Assembly: GCF_009914755.1 (NCBI RefSeq)
Contig: NC_060928.1
Direction: 5' to 3' (one strand)
Source of the DNA: the human T2T-CHM13v2.0 reference genome, Homo sapiens
DNA: 64,000 nt
Below the pieces are notes generated by a model. It searched no databases. It saw only the letters and a list, made by a program, of their open reading frames with translations, and was not told the origin of the DNA. The translations under genes were made by a program, and so were the position numbers. Shown piece by piece: positions 28,190 to 42,160 of this stretch. Position 1 is the stretch's first letter; the number at the start of each line of letters is the position of its first letter.

Positions 28190-28920
28190 AGCACAGAAGT
28201 CATGTGTAAAAAGTGTAACAGATTTGATTTCATAAAACATGCACACTGTCATATAATGCAAGACACCAAAAGTTAGAAGGCAAATTCAAAAGAACCTAAA
28301 GGAGCAATAAACATTGTTTAAAGTAGCCCATAAATGTGTAAAATATTATGTATCGATTTAAAAAATTCAACTGCTTCACTGTGAAAGGAATTTGAATTAA
28401 AATGAAATATCATCTTTTATCCATCAGATTAGCAAAAATAGAAAGAGTGTTAATTTCAAATGTTGCTGAAGGTATGTAAGAAGGGAGCACTAGCTGTTGA
28501 TGGGAATGTAAACAAGTGAAGGACTTTTGAAGGCAATTTGACAGGATCTGTCATGACTTTAAATGGACATATGCTTTGATCCAGCAAGTTTACCTTTTCA
28601 ATCCTATCCCCAAAAGATATTCTTATATATGTCACAGATCTCTTTACAGTAATATTCCTTGCCACAATGTTTATGATAAGAAAAGCCTACATATAAGTAA
28701 AAGTCCATCAACTGAGACAGAGGGTGGGGCAGCATAGGTGTAACTAAATAAATTACGGAACATTTCCTTTTCATGGAATACTGTGCTGACATTAACATAA
28801 ATGAGACAGAACTCCATATACACCTATGGAAAAAATCTCCATGACCCTCAGGTGAAACATGAAATCACGGAATAAGTTTTAGTTTGATTCAATTTTTGTG
28901 TGTATGTTTTAAAATCGTGT
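28190..28920 (+). mobile_element. L1ME-type fragments
   Basis: Degenerate ORF2-end and 3' UTR text (TGGGAATGTAAAC..., CATGGAATACTGTGC). Confidence 0.55.
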
Positions 28921-28924
28921 ATGT

Positions 28925-29255
28925 GGCCAGATGTGGTGGCTCATGCCTGTAATCCCAGCACTTTGGGAGGCCGAGGCGGGTGGATCACAAGGTCAGGAGA
29001 TCGAGACCATCCTGGCTAACACGGTGAAACCCTGTCTCTACTAAAAAATATAAAAAATTAGCCAGGCGTGGTGGCGGGCGCCTGTAGTCTCAGCTACTCG
29101 GGAGGCTGAGGTGAGAATGGCATGAACCTGGGAGGCAAAGATTGCAGTGAGCCAAGATCGCGCCACTGCACTCCAGCCTGGGCGACAGAGTGAGACTCTG
29201 TCTCAAAAAAAAAAAAAAAAAAAAAACACCACACACACACACACACACACACACA
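28925..29255 (+). mobile_element. AluY with an A-tail followed by (CA)n
   Basis: ATCGAGACCATCCTGGCTAACACGG diagnostic. Confidence 0.9.
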
Positions 29256-31062
29256 AAACACAAAAAACGCGTATGTGTATGTAGACACATATAGAAATTT
29301 CTAGAACAAATGAAATTCAATCTATTAATAATACTTACCTCCAAGGAGAGAAGTAGGAGTACAGAAGTTAATAAAGGAAGACTTTCTTTCTGCCTCACTT
29401 CTTATTGGTCAATCTGGGAATTCATTTTGCTGTGTCTGTGTATTACTCGTATGGAAAAAAGTAAGCAAAAATAAACACTATTATGTGATATTCATACAGA
29501 TGAACGATATTTCAAAGGAAACTTCTCTACTATAAGACAAAGAGAGTTTAAATTTAGCATAGCGGCAAGGCTAAGCCCAGTGACAAGTCCTTCATCAATT
29601 GTCTTTTTTTTTATTTCCAAGAAATCTCAACACATGGGTAAACATTGTGCTGGAGAAATGAATGGTTCTGTAATTTCCCAGATAGTCAGAATCTTTTTCT
29701 GGCCTCGTGGCTTCATCATTGCCTGACTCAGCATGTGTACTCAGGGCCCCTAGAGTGAGCCATGGTGAACCAGGTGGTGAGAGTTGCAGGGAGTGACGGT
29801 GTAGGCTGAGGATTCCAACTACTGTGTCTCTTCACAGCAAACACCTGGACATGGGCAAGCCACCCAAGAGACAGTTTTGCTCTAAAATGGTATTTTTTGC
29901 CCCTTCCCATTTGGAGCAAAGATACAATTCCAAAGAAGATTCTGAAATATTCATGTTAACCCATGTATACTATTAAAGCTATTTCATCTTACTCATTTTC
30001 AAAAAAGTTTATAATTTCATAGGTTGCTTAAGTCTTTTAGAAAATCAATATACCCAGGTTAACTCCATAGCAGCAGGTATTTACAAATTCTCTTGTTTAT
30101 GAGACAAGCTGTTGAAACAACCCAGTGCCCTATCTCAAAATATTTTGCGTTTTTATCTTTTCATAGACTCTTCCAAATATCTTCTCAGTTTACATGAGCA
30201 TTTAAGAAGGATCTGGCAAGTTCAAGTATTACTTCCTTATTTACTTCCTCATTATTAAGTACAGTTCTTTATTTCTCACAGTGAGAAGAGATATTGTGTT
30301 GCATTACACTGAAAATACTGCACAATTCAATACAAATTATAGAGTTATATTATCCAAATTCTGCTGCTAGGGTTTCATTTTTGTCCTTTGAAATTTCATA
30401 CTGATCACTTCTTGGTTTATACCAAACTTTCTTTCACTTTTGAAACTTCAAAAGTAAATACTCTTCCCCATTTCCTACTCTTAGGTCTAAATTTGCAGCA
30501 GGAATTGAAGGAGGGATTGAAATATTGCACCTGGCTCATAGAATTTGACAGCATGACAAAGGATGCTGTAAAATATGAACCAAAAGGGGAAAATGAATAT
30601 ACTCTAATACCTTGGATATTTTTGGTCCTTTACCTGTTAGGATACCAACCAATGTTGAGAAATAGTATATACATAGGTAGTGACTGATCATAAACTTTCA
30701 TATATGCTTGTCTATTATCCTGTAGGAAGGTGGGATGGTGAGAGGCTTAAAACAGAGGAAAACATGATTACATTAAAGTTTTCAAAAGATCACATAAGCG
30801 ATAGTTTAAAAGAATAACTGAGGAGTGTGAGAGGGAGGACTAGGGGCAAAAAATAAAATGGCAACAATCCAGCAACCTTTGTTGCAATCCAAAAAGTTTG
30901 TTTCAAACACTTGCTACAAACATTCATGTACACATAGGAAAGTGTGACATGATGAATTTACAGACTTGCGCATTTCTATCTTGCTTGCCAACAATTAGAA
31001 GAGTAATTATATCACACACAGATTGACAAATAGCCAAAGGGCCATTTTAAAATGCTGCCTTT

Positions 31063-31525
31063 CAGTCTATCATTGATGCAGTGTTAGGTTGATTCCATGT
31101 CTTTGCTATTGTGAATAGGCTGGATGAAGAAAATATGATACATATACATCATGGAATACTATGCAGCCATACAAAGAATGAGATCATGTCTTTGCAGGGA
31201 CATGGATGGAGCTTGAGCCCATCATCCTTAGCAAACTCACACAGGACCAGAAAACCAAGTACTGCATGTTCTCACTTATAAGTGGGAGCTAAATGATGAG
31301 AACACATGGACACATAGAAGGGAGCAACACACACTAGGGCCTATTGGAGGGTGGAGTTGAGGAGGAAGGAGAGGATCAGGAAAAATAACTAATGGATACC
31401 AGGCTTAATACCTGGGTGATGAAATAACCTGTACAACACACCTCCATGACACATGTTTACCTATGTAACAAACCTGCACGTGTACCACTGAACTTAAAAT
31501 AAAAGTTAAAAAAAAAAAGAAAAAA
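31063..31525 (+). mobile_element. L1PA13-like 3' end with a 5' inversion
   Basis: Inverted 31063-31118, sense 31120 to tail; AATG(A)CTGCCTT at both flanks. Confidence 0.85.
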
Positions 31526-31997
31526 TGAATGACTGCCTTCCAGTTACTGAAAGCAGACCCAATTAAGGAAACTATTACAGTTGCCAAGGTCAGGGACTAT
31601 AAATGCATATGTAAGCTTCCATCAGAGCACCAACCTCTGAGTTCTCCCTTTGGGTCACACTTTGAGGCAGTTGGATCATCACATATTGGGCAAAGGTGTC
31701 AAGAAGAAGCAAGAAGCTGAGAGCCTGCTCAATCCACAACAAGCCAAGAAATGTTTTGTTTTGTTTTAAGTAAAAAGCAATCAATTTCCTTTTGTTATAT
31801 GAAGGTAATAGGATTGATACTTTTGCTTAAGGATAACCTATACAAATACAGTCTGGACTGAAGAGATAGATCAAATATTAATATATAAACCTAATAAAAC
31901 CCTTCTGAACCTATTGCCAGATACAAAGCTGGACTGTCAGTATAATTGAGAATAGACCGAGGAGCAGAGATTGAATGGTGTTTATAAAAAATAACGG

Positions 31998-32620
<623 letters not shown>

Positions 32621-34459
32621 GGGGGTCATAAACAACTTGGAGGAATCAAGAATGACATACATTTCTGGCTTCAGTTACTACATGGATATTGCTGTTATTA
32701 ATTAAATAGGGAATAATAAAGGGAAACTTTATGGGGAGAGAAGAGTCCAGTTTTTGAAGCGCATATAAGTTCAGGAAGTGAGAGCATTGTTGTGCCTCTT
32801 TTGTTCATTGTCACTGCTGTTATTAGCACATGACACAAAGCCTGGAACACCCAAGGCACTCAATACATATGGACTAAATGAAACAGTTCCAGAGAGAAGC
32901 CTGAGCTGACTTAGTATTTGGGAGTCAGTAGTAGACAGATAGGGGTTGAAGTTATTGAAGTGGGTGCACTCTTTCAGGGCAAGCAATGAGAAAGGAGCAC
33001 CTTGGGAAGATCTTTGTGGTGACCATCATGTAAGAGGTGGGCAAAGGAAAGCAGCCCAGGAAAGTTCATGGTGAATTTATTAGAGAAACAAAGGGGAATT
33101 GCAAAGATATTGGTGTCACGGACACCTTGAAAAGGAGGAGATAATTTTAATGAGGGAGTGTCAAAAGATCTAAATACCACAGAAAGAGAAAGTAAGTTAA
33201 GAATCAGGATCTATTGGAGCTAGCAATTAGGAAACTGTTTTTGCCCTCAGCAAGAGCAGTTTCAGTGCAAAGGTAAATCCATGCCGAAGTGCACTGAAGT
33301 TAGGCTGGAAGTGAAGAAACAGAGGTAGTAAGATAAGGCCACTCTTTCATGTTTGGTTGTGATGCAGTTAGATAAGTCAATAACTAGTATGTTACAAAGT
33401 TAAGGGATTGAGTAAATAGTCTTACAACCTGAGGCTATTGTGAAGAAGATGTTGAAGATAAAAGAGGTTAAAGAGTGCTGAATTTTCCTCCAACATGGAG
33501 GAAGGAGAAAAGTAGATTGCAGGTGCAGACACATTTGCACTTGAGGGGCTCAGAGTTGAGAGCTGCAACTGATAGCTCCAATTATTTCTGTTAACTGAGA
33601 ATCAAATTTTCATCTAAGAGGAAGCAGGTGTGGGATTAGGGGGTTCGATGAGACTAGTAAAGAATTAAAATAGCTATTTGGGGGACTAGGAAGATTGGAT
33701 CAGGGACATGGAACAATCATGGATTGCTAATTGGCATTCAGGACCTATCTGAAGATAAAAATCATAAAATTGGAGTAGTACAAATCTATATCATGTAAAT
33801 TTTTTCACCTCTAGCAGTGTCTGCTACACAGCAGCCCAGATGCGAATGAAGAAGGCAGATGCTTATAACAATTCCTGATTTGGGGTTTACAGAGTAACCA
33901 CCGCAGAGGACAGATGGCAGATGCAGAGGATCCAGGCAGATTGAGTTGAGAGAGCTGAAAAGATAGTGGTGAAAGAGATGACCACAGGATCATATCTCAA
34001 TAGGAAAATCAGTGCGAGACCTCATGGATTAATAGAGGAGTTGAAGGACTAGAAGTACTGTAGGCAACTGTCCTGGGAATGACAGAGGTGAAAAGGTATG
34101 AGTTCATATTTCTAAGACACAGAAGGGGATGGAAAATCACAGGAATCCAGGAAATCAAGGTTAAAGTGTTTTCTGGGTTCTTGGTTTAGATGTAGAAGTT
34201 CCCTGAATGGTAGCAAAAACTGGGGCAGAAAAGAAATTTATGAGCCAGATGCTAAAATATTTAGTGAATATCCAAGAAGGCCCAGGAAAACCCAGAAGGA
34301 TGGTCGATGTGGCAGAATAGAGGACAGCAATTATTTGACATGTCTTTCATTGAGAAGCAGGATCCATCTCCCTTTCTGAGTCTGACCTGGCCTGTGCCTG
34401 CTTTGACCATTAGGATACGATGGATGTGCCTCTCTGCTCCTTCTAGGCCTCAGAAGTGA

Positions 34460-35157
34460 GGGTAGGTGAAAAAGTCATCACCGACTCCTACTTGGGTTCC
34501 TGTGGTAACCTCCTAAGTGGTCTGCCTGCTTCTATCCTTGCGCTTCTACTTACTGTCATGATAGTGGCCAGAATTATTTTTAAAGCCTTGATTGGGTCAT
34601 GTCTCTCCTCTGCTCAGAACCCTTCAGTGGTTGCCGTCTCCCTCAGAGTGAAGGGCCATCTTGTCATTGGTTCCTTATTACCTCTCTGCATTCGTTGACT
34701 ACCACCTCCCCTCACTCATTCTGCTCCATCCACAGCTTCCTTGATGTCCCTCAAACTTACCAGGCGCACTCCCATTATCGGGCCTTTGCACTTGCAGTTT
34801 CTTCTGTCTGCAAAGCTCTTCCTCCAGTCATCTCATCTGCATGGCTTGCTCCCTTGGCTTTTACTAAACAGTCATCTTCTGTGAAAGGTCTTCGCGAATC
34901 ACCCCATCTAAAATTTCACCACCTTCCCAAGCCCAGCATTTCTAACCTAGGTTCCCCGCTGTGTTTGTTTTAATGCATATGCCACTAACATAACAGATAT
35001 GGTACTTACCTTGCTTATAGTCTGTCTCCCGTATTAAAATAGAATTTCCCTTAAGGACAGGGATTGTTTTTGGTCATTGTCATTTGCTGCTGTACTCTCA
35101 GTGCCTAAAACAATATCTCACACAGTAGGTGGTCAATAGTCATGAAATGAATGAATT
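34460..35157 (+). mobile_element. L2 3' fragment
   Basis: Ends GTGCCT...ACACAGTAGGTGGTCAATA...TGAATGAAT. Confidence 0.7.
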
Positions 35158-36405
35158 CACCAGACCTATTCTAGGGCTCAAAAGATTATTTCCAGGCCAG
35201 TCCTAGGATGTGGCATGAATCTAGCTGATACTGTTTCCTTCAGGTATTCTAAGAGCTACAGGATTTAGCTTTGTGGACTTCTTCTGGCTTCTCTGTGAAG
35301 GGTGAGGGGAGGAAGTAGTATGAATCCAGGAAGCCCTGATAATCTACAGCTTGGCCCTCTGCCGTCTGCCTCTAGCTGCTGTGTAGACCCGTCTGCCTGG
35401 CAGCCGATCGTATTAACAAAGCCCACAGAAAGAGAATCCTAGTCTTAGCCTACTCTACTCACTTGTGTCTAACGATAAATTCCTTTGTCTGAGTCCCGTG
35501 CTTTCCTTTTAAAGAATTAGACTGTCAAAAGCATGTTAAACAAAAGGCACAGGGGCCTAAACATTATGTAAAGGAGTCATTTTAAAGCAGAAAATAGTAT
35601 GAAATGCTTTCTACTCAACACATCAATTGTTATTCTTTTCAGGTTAGAAGTTGAATCTGTAACAAAAGAGCCTTTTCACAGGATGGGTAATGACAAATAC
35701 ACAACCAGAGGAGCCCTTAACTGGAAGTGGAAATAAGGCAGCTGCCAACACCTCCACTTCAGTTTCCCTGCTAGGTTCAAGAAGCAGAATCTCTTTAAGT
35801 TCAGGCTCCTAGACAACGCTTCAGCTGGAGACCAGACCAAGGCTACTCTACTGAGATTGGGAGGTTCCTATAGAGTCTCTGGGGCCAGGAAAGTGAGGAG
35901 GAGAAACCTCACCACCCTTCCTAAAGAGGTTTGCCCTGAAGAGAGCAGGCTGCGGGAGTTGCCCTGTGCCCAGAAGCCAGGGTGCTCGGCCTGCGTCACC
36001 TTGGTGGGGGTGAGGATGCTGTTGGGACATGAGCCTCCTTATTGGCCGTGGCTCTCTTTGTGGTTCTACCACATAGCTTATCCTGCTTCTCCCTAGAATC
36101 AGCTTCAAAGTGGTGCTTAAGCAGTGATATCCTGATATCCTTAGATCTGTGGTTTCTCTGGCATCATCCCTTCCCCGCATCCACACTCTGCATGGTTTGC
36201 TTTGTTCCTTTTCTGTAGCAGTAGCTTTCTCTTTTGCTTGTTCTTATGTGAAAGCTCCACTGAGGCCAGGACCCAGTGCTGTGGAGCAGGAACCTCACCG
36301 AGATATAGACACTGAGCCCTTCCTCTGCACTGGTGTCATCATTATTATATTAGCATAGGAAGGACTGACAGAGATGGGGGTAAAGTGGCCAGAGAAGATG
36401 ATAAT

Positions 36406-36754
36406 GGCTGGGCATGGTGGCTCATGTCTGTAATCCCAGCACTTTGAGAGGCCGAGGCGGGTGGATCACTTAAGGTCCGGAGTTCGAGTGTAGCCCGGCC
36501 AACATGGTGAAACCCCATCTCTACTAAAAATACAAAATTAGCTGGGCATGGTGGCGGGCACCTGTAATCCCAGCTACTCAGAGGCTGAGGCAGGAGAATT
36601 GCTTGAACCCGGAGGCAGAAGTTGCAGTGAGCAGAGACTGTGCCATCACACTCCAGCCTGGGTGACAAAAGCAAAACTCTGTCTCAAAAGCAAAAACAAA
36701 TAACAAAACAAAACAAAACAAAAACCCCTACAAAACAAACACCCCCCAAAAAAC
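36406..36754 (+). mobile_element. AluS with a (CAAAA)n tail
   Basis: TSD AGAGAAGATG(A/G)TAA. Confidence 0.9.
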
Positions 36755-37470
36755 AGAGAAGATGGTAAATCACAAGTTGAAATCAAAGAGAGTAATCCAT
36801 GGAGACACGAAAAGTGCATAACACAACCATGAACAACTAGAAATGTGTCACCTGTCTTCTGGAAGCTGAGGGCGGAATAATTCCCCCAGGATGTTCTTCT
36901 GATGTAGCGAATGAGAGGACGAGCCTATTTGTCTCGTAGACGAAGCTGGAAATTTCAGCTCAAGGGTTCAGGCTCCTCCCTGTGCATCCTTTAGAAGTAA
37001 ACACAGACTAAAACCTGCCATTATGCAGTATATTGCTGCTGTGATGAAAAGCACTATGATGTGCTTGAACGAATAAGGACAAGATTGCAACAGAATTCTC
37101 AGCATATTAATAGAGACAGGCTTTCAGAGGGACTTGCTACTCATTTACTGTCACTTTCTTAATGACAATGGAAAATGCTGGCTCCTCTTCTATATCCAGG
37201 GCTACACATTTAAACAAAACACTCTTATTTCCCGCTCAATGCTATCTTTGATTTTGGCAAAGTACAGGTGGGTGAGAGTATTAGATTTTGCAGTTATTTC
37301 TTGAGGCATATTTAAGACATCAAAGATAAAAACACATGGAGTCACGTGTAATAATCTTAGAGTCCAATAAATGACTAGCTACTTGATTAAACCAAATGGC
37401 ATTATAGCATGTTAATAAGGATTAAACAGACGCATTTTCACCGTCATTACTTAGATGGAATGAGTATTTT

Positions 37471-38242
37471 TTTTTGTTAACTTTTATTTTAGGTTCAGGG
37501 GTACATATGAAGGTTTGTTATATAGGTAAACTAGTGTCATGGGGGTTTGTTGTACAGATTATTTTGTCACCCAGGTACGAAGCCTATTAACCAATAGTTA
37601 TTTCTTTCTGTTCCTCTCCCTCCACCCACCCTCCACCCTCAAGGAGGCCCCAGTGTGTGTTGTTCCCTTCTCTGGGTCCATGTGCTCTCATCGCTTAGCT
37701 CCCACTTACAAGTGAGAACATGCAGCATTTGGTTTTCTGCTCCTGCATTAGTTTGCTAAGGATAATGGCCTCCAGCTCCATCCATGTTCCCATAAAATAC
37801 ATGATCTTGTTTTTTATAGCTGCATAGTATTCCGTGGTGTATATGTACCACATTTTCTTTATTCAATTTGCCATTATGGGCATTTAGATTGATTCCATGT
37901 CTTTGCTATTGTGAACACTGCTGTAATGAACATTCACATGCATGTGTCTTTATAGCAGAATGATTTATATTCCTCTGGGTATATTCCCAGTAATGGCATT
38001 GCTGGGTTGAATAGTAGTTGTTTTTAGCTCTTTCAGAAATTGCCACATTGCTTTTTACAATGGTTGAACTAAGGTACACTCCCACCAACGGTATATTTGT
38101 GTTGTTTACTTTACAACCTCGTCAACATCTGTTCTTTTTTGACTTTTTAATGACTGGTGTGAGATGGTATCTCATTGTGGTTTTGAAGACAGACATGCAA
38201 CCAACAAGCATATTTTAAAAAGCTGAATATCACTGATCATTA
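37471..38242 (-). mobile_element. L1PA13-like 3' end with a 5' inversion (38186-38242)
   Basis: T-tail, L1 3' UTR, strand switch at about 38186; TGGA(A)TRAGYATTTT flanks with TT/AAAA. Confidence 0.85.
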
Positions 38243-38459
38243 TGGATAAGCATTTTAAGTTAGATAACTGATAACAATTATATTCCTTATTTTAAATATA
38301 GTCATTGATATACTACAAATTGTATTTCTCTATGTTTGCCTATAAAATTTATTTACTTAATCAAAATGGTTGCCTGATATAATTTCCCCTGCAAAAGTTG
38401 TCAAAAGAATAATGTTATTGCCTTAGGCAGGAACTCAAGCACAAAGATAAAAAGCTGTA

Positions 38460-39872
38460 TCTGAGTATTTGCTGTATTTTATTTGTTCACATTTAGCCTA
38501 TTTGAGGTTAACACTACTTCATTTGACAGTTTAAAAATCATCCTGTAAATAGAATAAAAAACAACAGCAGCAATAGCTAAAAAAAGGACACAATGTATAA
38601 TAAAATAAAGGAATGTGTTGAAAGAAATATTCCAAAGAAGCAAAGGAAATGAGACCATGATTATGAATTCAACAATCAGAAGAAAAAATCGTCCAACATC
38701 TGTAAAAAGCAAAATCATAACAGTAATAAAAAAGAAGCAAGAATTCAAAGTGCAGGTGCGCTAGCTTTCATTTCCACATCCATTCAGGAAATAGAGCATA
38801 CTATTCTTTTATATAAAGTGACAAGTTCTGTTTTTAAAACATTCAGTTACATTATCTTGCAGATTTTTTTTCAGTTTACATTATCTCTACATTGATTTGA
38901 TGGAAAGATGGTCATATGCGATATGTGGTATAAATTTCTTCAATCTATGGAGAATACGGAAATGGTAAAGTTGACTGTTTTACTTATGTTTTTGCAGTAA
39001 GAAGCTAAACATCGAGTATCAGAAGCATCAGTACTTTTACTCTTTCAAAAACAAAAGCAAAGCAAAAGCAAAAACCTGTCATGAGCCCTCTGTCTTTGCT
39101 GCTACTTTCAGATTCTCTGTGACAAAAGACTGTTACTTTTCACTGAATTCTAATGAGTTGACGTAAATAATCAGAACAATTTCTTAAATGCAAAATTGGT
39201 CTGGTATCTGTCTAAATTGGTCAATACAAGTGTTATTCTGGAATCATGTAAAAATCACTTACTTTCATAACTGTTTAGAACCCCAAATGTTTTCCCTTTG
39301 AAGGGGAACATCTGTGGAATATGATTTTGAATAGAGGACTTCTATGAAATATATTTCAAATCTTAAAAATATTTTTAATACTTCCTAAAGTGGTATAGGA
39401 TTTACCCTCGCTGACTATGCCTTCCATTTAAGAACAGTCTTGCATTTGTGGCTTTTCATTTTCCTTACAGCTCTAATTTTATTTAAAAAGCCTGAATACA
39501 CAAATGACTGCTGCCTTACTTAGCATTAAACAGTACTATTTTTTAAACCATGTATACAGCTCAACAGCAAGATTAATAAGTTATAATACACACATATCAC
39601 TGACAGATTCATCTTTTTGTTTTTTAGAATTCACGAAATAAACTGTATTCTGGTAAATCCCCTCCCCGCAACAAGAGTGTAATGTACCTACATTGAGGTG
39701 TTTAAATATTTCTCCAACAGTTTTCATTGAATTACATTATGAAAACACTAGGCTTCAAGCCAGGTACTAATAAATATTTAATTTAAAAGAAAGAAAGAAA
39801 AAACTCAACACAGAAGAACATAAAAAATCCCTCCCCTCCCTCTCCTCCCACTCCCCCGGGAAGGCGCCCGTG
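38460..39872 (-). other. TBC1D9: TBC1D9 3' UTR (about 1.4 kb, AT-rich, no recognised repeats)
   Basis: Lies between the stop codon and the AATAAA at 38483-38478; the cleavage position is approximate. Confidence 0.8.
38478..38483 (-). terminator. Polyadenylation signal AATAAA of TBC1D9
   Basis: AATAAA on the minus strand followed about 25 nt downstream by U/GU-rich TTTTTATCTTTGTGCTTG. Confidence 0.75.
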
Positions 39873-40595
39873 TCAGCCGGACATGGCCGAGATTTCATAG
39901 TCACTGGCCGAGGTGAGGGGCTTGCCCATCATCCGGATGTTTTTTGCACTGGTAATCCTGGCCATCATGCACACGGGCTTGTCAAAGTACTTGACCAGGG
40001 CAGGCTCAGTTAAGAGGGAGGCCAGGAACTGCTCGAAGGTGATGGCCCAGTCCCGGTCCAGGCTGGTGCTCCGGGGCAGTGCCGCCGTGCCCTGGCCGCT
40101 CCGCACCAGGACCGTGTCCTCTCCGATGTCCTCGCAGTGCAGCTTGTCCTCCTCGTGGGAGCCGGCACTCAGCACCGAGTATGAGGACATGGAGCTGTCG
40201 TCCTTGGTGTCGTCGTCAGAGATCAGCATGGAGGAGCAGGCCCCGTTGTCCCGGGGCGAGGAGTCCTCCAGCTTGATGTCCTCCATTTGTCCTCCAAGGG
40301 AGTGTTCCTCGCTGTCGGGGGCCAGGCTGGCCGGCAGGGGCTCAACAGACTCCACCACGTAAGGCTGGCCTGGCCCTTTCTTGGGGAAGAGCACGCCTGG
40401 GATGCCCTGGTGGCAGGACGGCCCACTGCCTCCGCTCCCGCCCTCCTTTGCAGGCTGGGCCACGAACAACTTGCCGACCTCCCCAATCTCCAGCAGGAGG
40501 CTGGTCACTGCTGCCGTGGCATGGTACAGCTCCTGCTCATTGGGGTCTTCGCTGAACATGTTATACATTGTCTTACACAGTTCAATGAACTGCCC
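39873..40595 (-). CDS. TBC1D9: TBC1D9 terminal coding exon (GQFIELCKTMYNMF...SDYEISAMSG*)
   Basis: Acceptor ttttcAG at 40597-40596, phase 0, 723 nt to TGA; translation recognised as the TBC1D9 C-terminus; in frame with the upstream exons. Confidence 0.96.
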   Translation of the reverse strand, partial: GQFIELCKTMYNMFSEDPNEQELYHATAAVTSLLLEIGEVGKLFVAQPAKEGGSGGSGPSCHQGIPGVLFPKKGPGQPYVVESVEPLPASLAPDSEEHSLGGQMEDIKLEDSSPRDNGACSSMLISDDDTKDDSSMSSYSVLSAGSHEEDKLHCEDIGEDTVLVRSGQGTAALPRSTSLDRDWAITFEQFLASLLTEPALVKYFDKPVCMMARITSAKNIRMMGKPLTSASDYEISAMSG

Positions 40596-40759
40596 CTGAA
40601 AAGCGATTTGGAAAAACACAATGTGAAATCTTGGGGGAGCAGAAAGGCAGCACTGAAGTGGACTGTAAAGCCATTTAAATGAGAACGCCTAAAGATCCCT
40701 GGAAAGTCCTCCGCCTAGGCTGGATGGACATGTTTAAAGTCTCCTATTGATGTTTCTAT

Positions 40760-41045
40760 TTTTAATTTTTATTTCTTTTTGAGACAGGGTCTCTCTTTGT
40801 CGCCCAGGCTGGAGTGCAGTGGTGCAATCACGGTTCACTGCAGCCTCAACATCCTGGGCTCACATGAACCTCCCACCTCAGCCCCCCAGGCACACACCAC
40901 TATACTCTGCTAATCTTTGCGTTTTTTGTAGAGATGGGGTTTCGCCATTTTACCCAGGCTGGTCTTGTACTCCTGGGCTAAGTGATCCTCCTGCCTTGGC
41001 CTCCCAAAGTGCTGGAATTACAGGTGTGAGCCACCACACTCAGCT
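40760..41045 (-). mobile_element. AluJ
   Basis: Diverged Alu in the last TBC1D9 intron. Confidence 0.85.
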
Positions 41046-41795
41046 TATTTTCCCAATTTTTTAATTTGAAAATTTTCCAACATCTATGAAAGTTGGAATG
41101 AAAAAGTAAACATCCATGTACAGCTCACCTCGAGTCAAGAAGGACTATGTCATACATTTGGCTCAGTAACTTTTTTCTTGTTCTCTTTTCCCTTTTTGAA
41201 ACATCTTAAGGAAATCCGAGACTCATCTATTTTCACGTCTACACACTTTAGCATGCACCTCAATTTTTCCAAGGTTAGCTCCAATCCCTCCTCCCACGAC
41301 ACATGCCCCATCTCCCTGGACAGAAGTAATGCTTTAGTGCTTTCAGTCTCCACCCAGATGACTTCTGTTCTTCAATTACAAAACTTAGCATTTTCAGCCT
41401 ATAATTATTTATATTGTTTTTTTCTTCCTCATTTCACCAGGTTTTTAAGGAAAATGTGCAGACACCTTTATAGCTAAGCACGGTGATCTGAAAACAGCAA
41501 TGTGTTTGTCTTTCGAGTATCTGAGGGTATTTTTAATGATTGCAATAAGATGCATTTACTCTCAAAATGGAATATGTTGTGGTTCACATTTCCTCTGAGG
41601 AAGTCGTTTTTTCACAATGGAGCATATTTTTGATGCATAAATACATGCACAAAATAGGTCCAAATGGATACTAAGTAAAGGCCCCAAAGTTATTATTTTT
41701 GATGGGTATTGAGTCTACATTTATCGATGACTTTTCAGTCATAGAAAAAAGAGTGTCCAGGTTTGAAGCGAATGATTTGAACTTTAAGCACTTAC

Positions 41796-41899
41796 CTGAT
41801 TTAATTTGGGTAAATCCTTTGCATTCTTTGACTTAGATTTATTTTCTGGAGTCCACAGTCTCAAATAATTACGATTTTCTTGGGAATTTGCTCTCTTCC
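41796..41899 (-). CDS. TBC1D9: TBC1D9 coding exon, 104 nt ((G)KRANSQENRNYLRLWTPENKSKSKNAKDLPKLNQ)
   Basis: ttgtAG acceptor at 41901-41900, CAG|GTAAG donor; phase 1 to 0 joins its neighbours in frame. Confidence 0.93.
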
Positions 41900-41993
41900 C
41901 TACAACCCAAATGTCAAGAAATCAGTGCTTACAGGCCAAAAAACAAGTGTACAACCAGCAAGAAGGTAAACATATAGAAGAGAATATCCTTAC

Positions 41994-42068
41994 CTTTGTC
42001 TGGCTTTAGGCTCACCGTAACAAAGCCATCATCTGCACCCTGTTTGCTTCTGCTATCCAATCCAACAA
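41994..42068 (-). CDS. TBC1D9: TBC1D9 coding exon, 75 nt ((V)VGLDSRSKQGADDGFVTVSLKPDK)
   Basis: ttggtAG acceptor, AAG|GTAAG donor; followed by a 94-nt intron (41900-41993). Confidence 0.92.
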
Positions 42069-42160
42069 CTACCAAGAAATGGTTCAGAAGAAAAAAGTAG
42101 AATGTTATATAATATGACCATGGAATAGCATTTGTAGTGGAAAATAGAAGACTCTCTAAG

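Noticed and set aside
40596-40619. N-terminal MFFQIAFQ of the 248-aa ORF
   Set aside because: Intronic polypyrimidine tract; the exon starts at 40595
39913-40682. Plus-strand ORFs of 149 and 131 aa
   Set aside because: Antisense shadows of the GC-rich TBC1D9 last exon
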